30,435 bases of DNA from a bacterium. GTDB lineage: Bacteria > Krumholzibacteriota > Krumholzibacteriia > Krumholzibacteriales > Krumholzibacteriaceae. Of this stretch, positions 28,580 through 30,435 are shown in pieces. The notes beneath the pieces are model-generated. The model saw nothing but the letters and a program-made list of their open reading frames with translations. It did no database searches and had not been told where the DNA came from. Position 1 is the first letter of the stretch, and each line of letters begins with the position of its first letter. The position numbers were made by a program, and so were the translations under genes. The DNA is taken from the NCBI GenBank assembly GCA_020060525.1, contig JAGUZZ010000299.1:1-30435 (forward strand). The letters run 5' to 3'.

Positions 28580-28678
28580 GCGAATCGTTATTCCGCCGCG
28601 CTTTTCCAACGGATTCACAGGTCGAGGGGCGCGGCCCCTCGTTCGTTCGGAATGCCGCACCCAGATGGAGGTAGGTGA

Positions 28679-30310
28679 ATGATCGCAGGAATCCCCAAGA
28701 TCGAAATGCCGGTGAACGAGCCCATCCGCGCGTACGGACCGGGTTCGAAGGAGAAGGCGGAGCTCAAGGCGAAGCTCCGCGAGCTCTCCGGAAAGAAGAT
28801 CGAAATCCCGTGCGTCATCGGAGGACGGAACGTCCGCACGGGGAACACCGGCCTCTGCGTGATGCCGCACGATCACAAGCACGTGCTCGGCGTCTATCAC
28901 AAGGCTGGCAAGCGCGAGGTGCAGGCCGCGATAAAGGCCGCCCTCGACGCGAAGGAATCGTGGTCCCGGATGCCGTGGGAGGCGCGCGCCGCGATCTTCA
29001 TGCGCGCGGCCGATCTCCTCGCGGGGGAGTATCGCGCGACGCTCAACGCCGCCACCATGCTCGGCCAGAGCAAGACCGCCTTTCAGGCGGAGATCGACTC
29101 GGCGTGCGAGCTCATCGACTTCCTGCGCTTCAACACGTACTTCATGAAGCAGATCCTCGCCCAGCAGCCGGAATCGCAGCCGGGCATGTGGAACATGAGC
29201 GAGGCGCGGCCGCTCGACGGCTTCGTCTTCGCCGTAACCCCGTTCAACTTCACCGCGATCGCGGGGAACCTCCCGACGGCGCCCGCGATGATGGGCAACA
29301 CCGTCGTGTGGAAACCCGCCTCGAGCGCGGTCTACTCGGCCCACTTCGTCATGCAGATCCTGAGGAAGGCGGGGCTTCCGGACGGCGTCATCAACATGAT
29401 CCCCGGAGCGGGCTCGACGGTCGGCGACCTCGTGCTCACGCATCCCGACCTCGCCGGCGTCCATTTCACCGGCAGCACGGCCGTGTTCCAGAACATGTGG
29501 GAAACGATCGGCTCGAACATCAAGAGCTACAAGCAGTACCCGCGGATCGTCGGCGAGACGGGAGGCAAGGACTTCATCTTCGCTCACCCGACGGCCGACG
29601 TCCGGCCGCTCGTCATCGCGATGGTGCGCGGCGCGTTCGAGTTCCAGGGCCAGAAATGCTCCGCCGCCTCGCGCGCCTACGTTCCGAAGAGCCTCTGGCC
29701 GCGCGTCAAGAAGATGCTGCTCGCCGAGATCGCGACGATCAAGATGGGCGACGTTCGCGACTTCAGGAACTTCATGACGGCCGTGATCGACAAGGCCGCC
29801 TTCGAGAGCATCAAGGCGTACATCTCCTACGCGAAACGCTCCCCCGGCGCCAAGATCATCGCGGGCGGCGGCTGCAGCGACCGCAAGGGCTACTTCGTCG
29901 AGCCGACCGTCATCGTCGCCAAGCGCCCGGACTTCAAGACGATGCGCGAGGAGATCTTCGGGCCGGTGCTCACGATCTACGTCTATAACGACGCGCAGCT
30001 CGAAAAGACGATCGGCTTCGTCGACACGGGTTCGGCGTACGCGCTCACGGGCGCGATCTTCGCCGAGGACCGCGAGGCGATCGTCGAGCTCACGCGCGCG
30101 CTCCGGGACGCGGCGGGCAACTTCTACATCAACGACAAGCCGACGGGCGCGGTCGTGGGACAGCAGCCCTTCGGCGGAAGCCGCGCGTCCGGCACGAACG
30201 ACAAGGCTGGGAGCATCCTCAACATGATCCGCTGGACGAGCCCGCGGACGCTGAAGGAGACCTTCTGTCCCCCGAAGGACTACCGGTACCCGTTCATGGC
30301 GGAGGAATAG
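28679..30310 (+). CDS. pruA: L-glutamate gamma-semialdehyde (1-pyrroline-5-carboxylate) dehydrogenase
   Basis: NEP..Y.PGS, AEIDSACELIDFLRFN, PFNFTAIAGNL, GETGGKDF, FEFQGQKCSAASR and NDKPTGAVVGQQPFGGSRASGTNDKAG. RBS GGAGGT. Confidence 0.96.
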   Translation: MIAGIPKIEMPVNEPIRAYGPGSKEKAELKAKLRELSGKKIEIPCVIGGRNVRTGNTGLCVMPHDHKHVLGVYHKAGKREVQAAIKAALDAKESWSRMPWEARAAIFMRAADLLAGEYRATLNAATMLGQSKTAFQAEIDSACELIDFLRFNTYFMKQILAQQPESQPGMWNMSEARPLDGFVFAVTPFNFTAIAGNLPTAPAMMGNTVVWKPASSAVYSAHFVMQILRKAGLPDGVINMIPGAGSTVGDLVLTHPDLAGVHFTGSTAVFQNMWETIGSNIKSYKQYPRIVGETGGKDFIFAHPTADVRPLVIAMVRGAFEFQGQKCSAASRAYVPKSLWPRVKKMLLAEIATIKMGDVRDFRNFMTAVIDKAAFESIKAYISYAKRSPGAKIIAGGGCSDRKGYFVEPTVIVAKRPDFKTMREEIFGPVLTIYVYNDAQLEKTIGFVDTGSAYALTGAIFAEDREAIVELTRALRDAAGNFYINDKPTGAVVGQQPFGGSRASGTNDKAGSILNMIRWTSPRTLKETFCPPKDYRYPFMAEE

Positions 30311-30383
30311 GCGGAGAGCCGGAGGGACGATTCCCGGCGCGACGGAGCGGCGGGGATCGGCCCGAGGCGGACGCGAAAACGAC

Positions 30384-30418
30384 GCGGCCGGGGTCGCACG
30401 ACCCCGGCCGCTTTTTTT
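30384..30418 (+). terminator. Rho-independent terminator after pruA
   Basis: GCGGCCGGGGTC-GCAC-GACCCCGGCCGC (12-bp stem) followed by T7. Confidence 0.92.
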
Positions 30419-30435
30419 CGTCTCGCGGGCGCCGC

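Overview
High-GC bacterial chromosomal window with no mobile element, CRISPR array or rRNA. It contains about 21 real CDSs, one tRNA, several readable promoters and one intrinsic terminator. Most long ORFs in the supplied track are antisense or alternative-frame shadows. Left part (1-11.2 kb): a large secreted serine hydrolase that runs off the window and is missing from the ORF track, then cstA, a YciI-like protein, a GH97 protein with a degenerate active site, an orphan PP-loop amidotransferase-like protein, an EamA transporter and an S46 dipeptidyl peptidase. Centre (11.25-21.3 kb, minus strand): a tightly coupled chemosensory operon, cheR-mcp-cheW-cheD-cheB-cheA-cheC-cheY-TPR-DUF4388/TPR. 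It has a sigma54-type -24/-12 promoter, a 44-heptad receptor with almost no ligand-binding domain, a CheA lacking P2, and no flagellar or pilus genes in the window. Right part: a PhzF-like protein, an orphan GAF-PAS histidine kinase with a second sigma54-like motif, a tRNA-Trp-trpS-tryptophanase-like unit, a DUF4434 protein and pruA. In that unit the tRNA has an atypical A73 discriminator and the TrpRS carries a 4-Cys Fe-S-type motif. The two best candidates for undescribed systems are the che/TPR/DUF4388 operon and the tRNA-Trp/TrpRS/tryptophanase unit. All family calls come from motif recognition by eye; no database searches were run.
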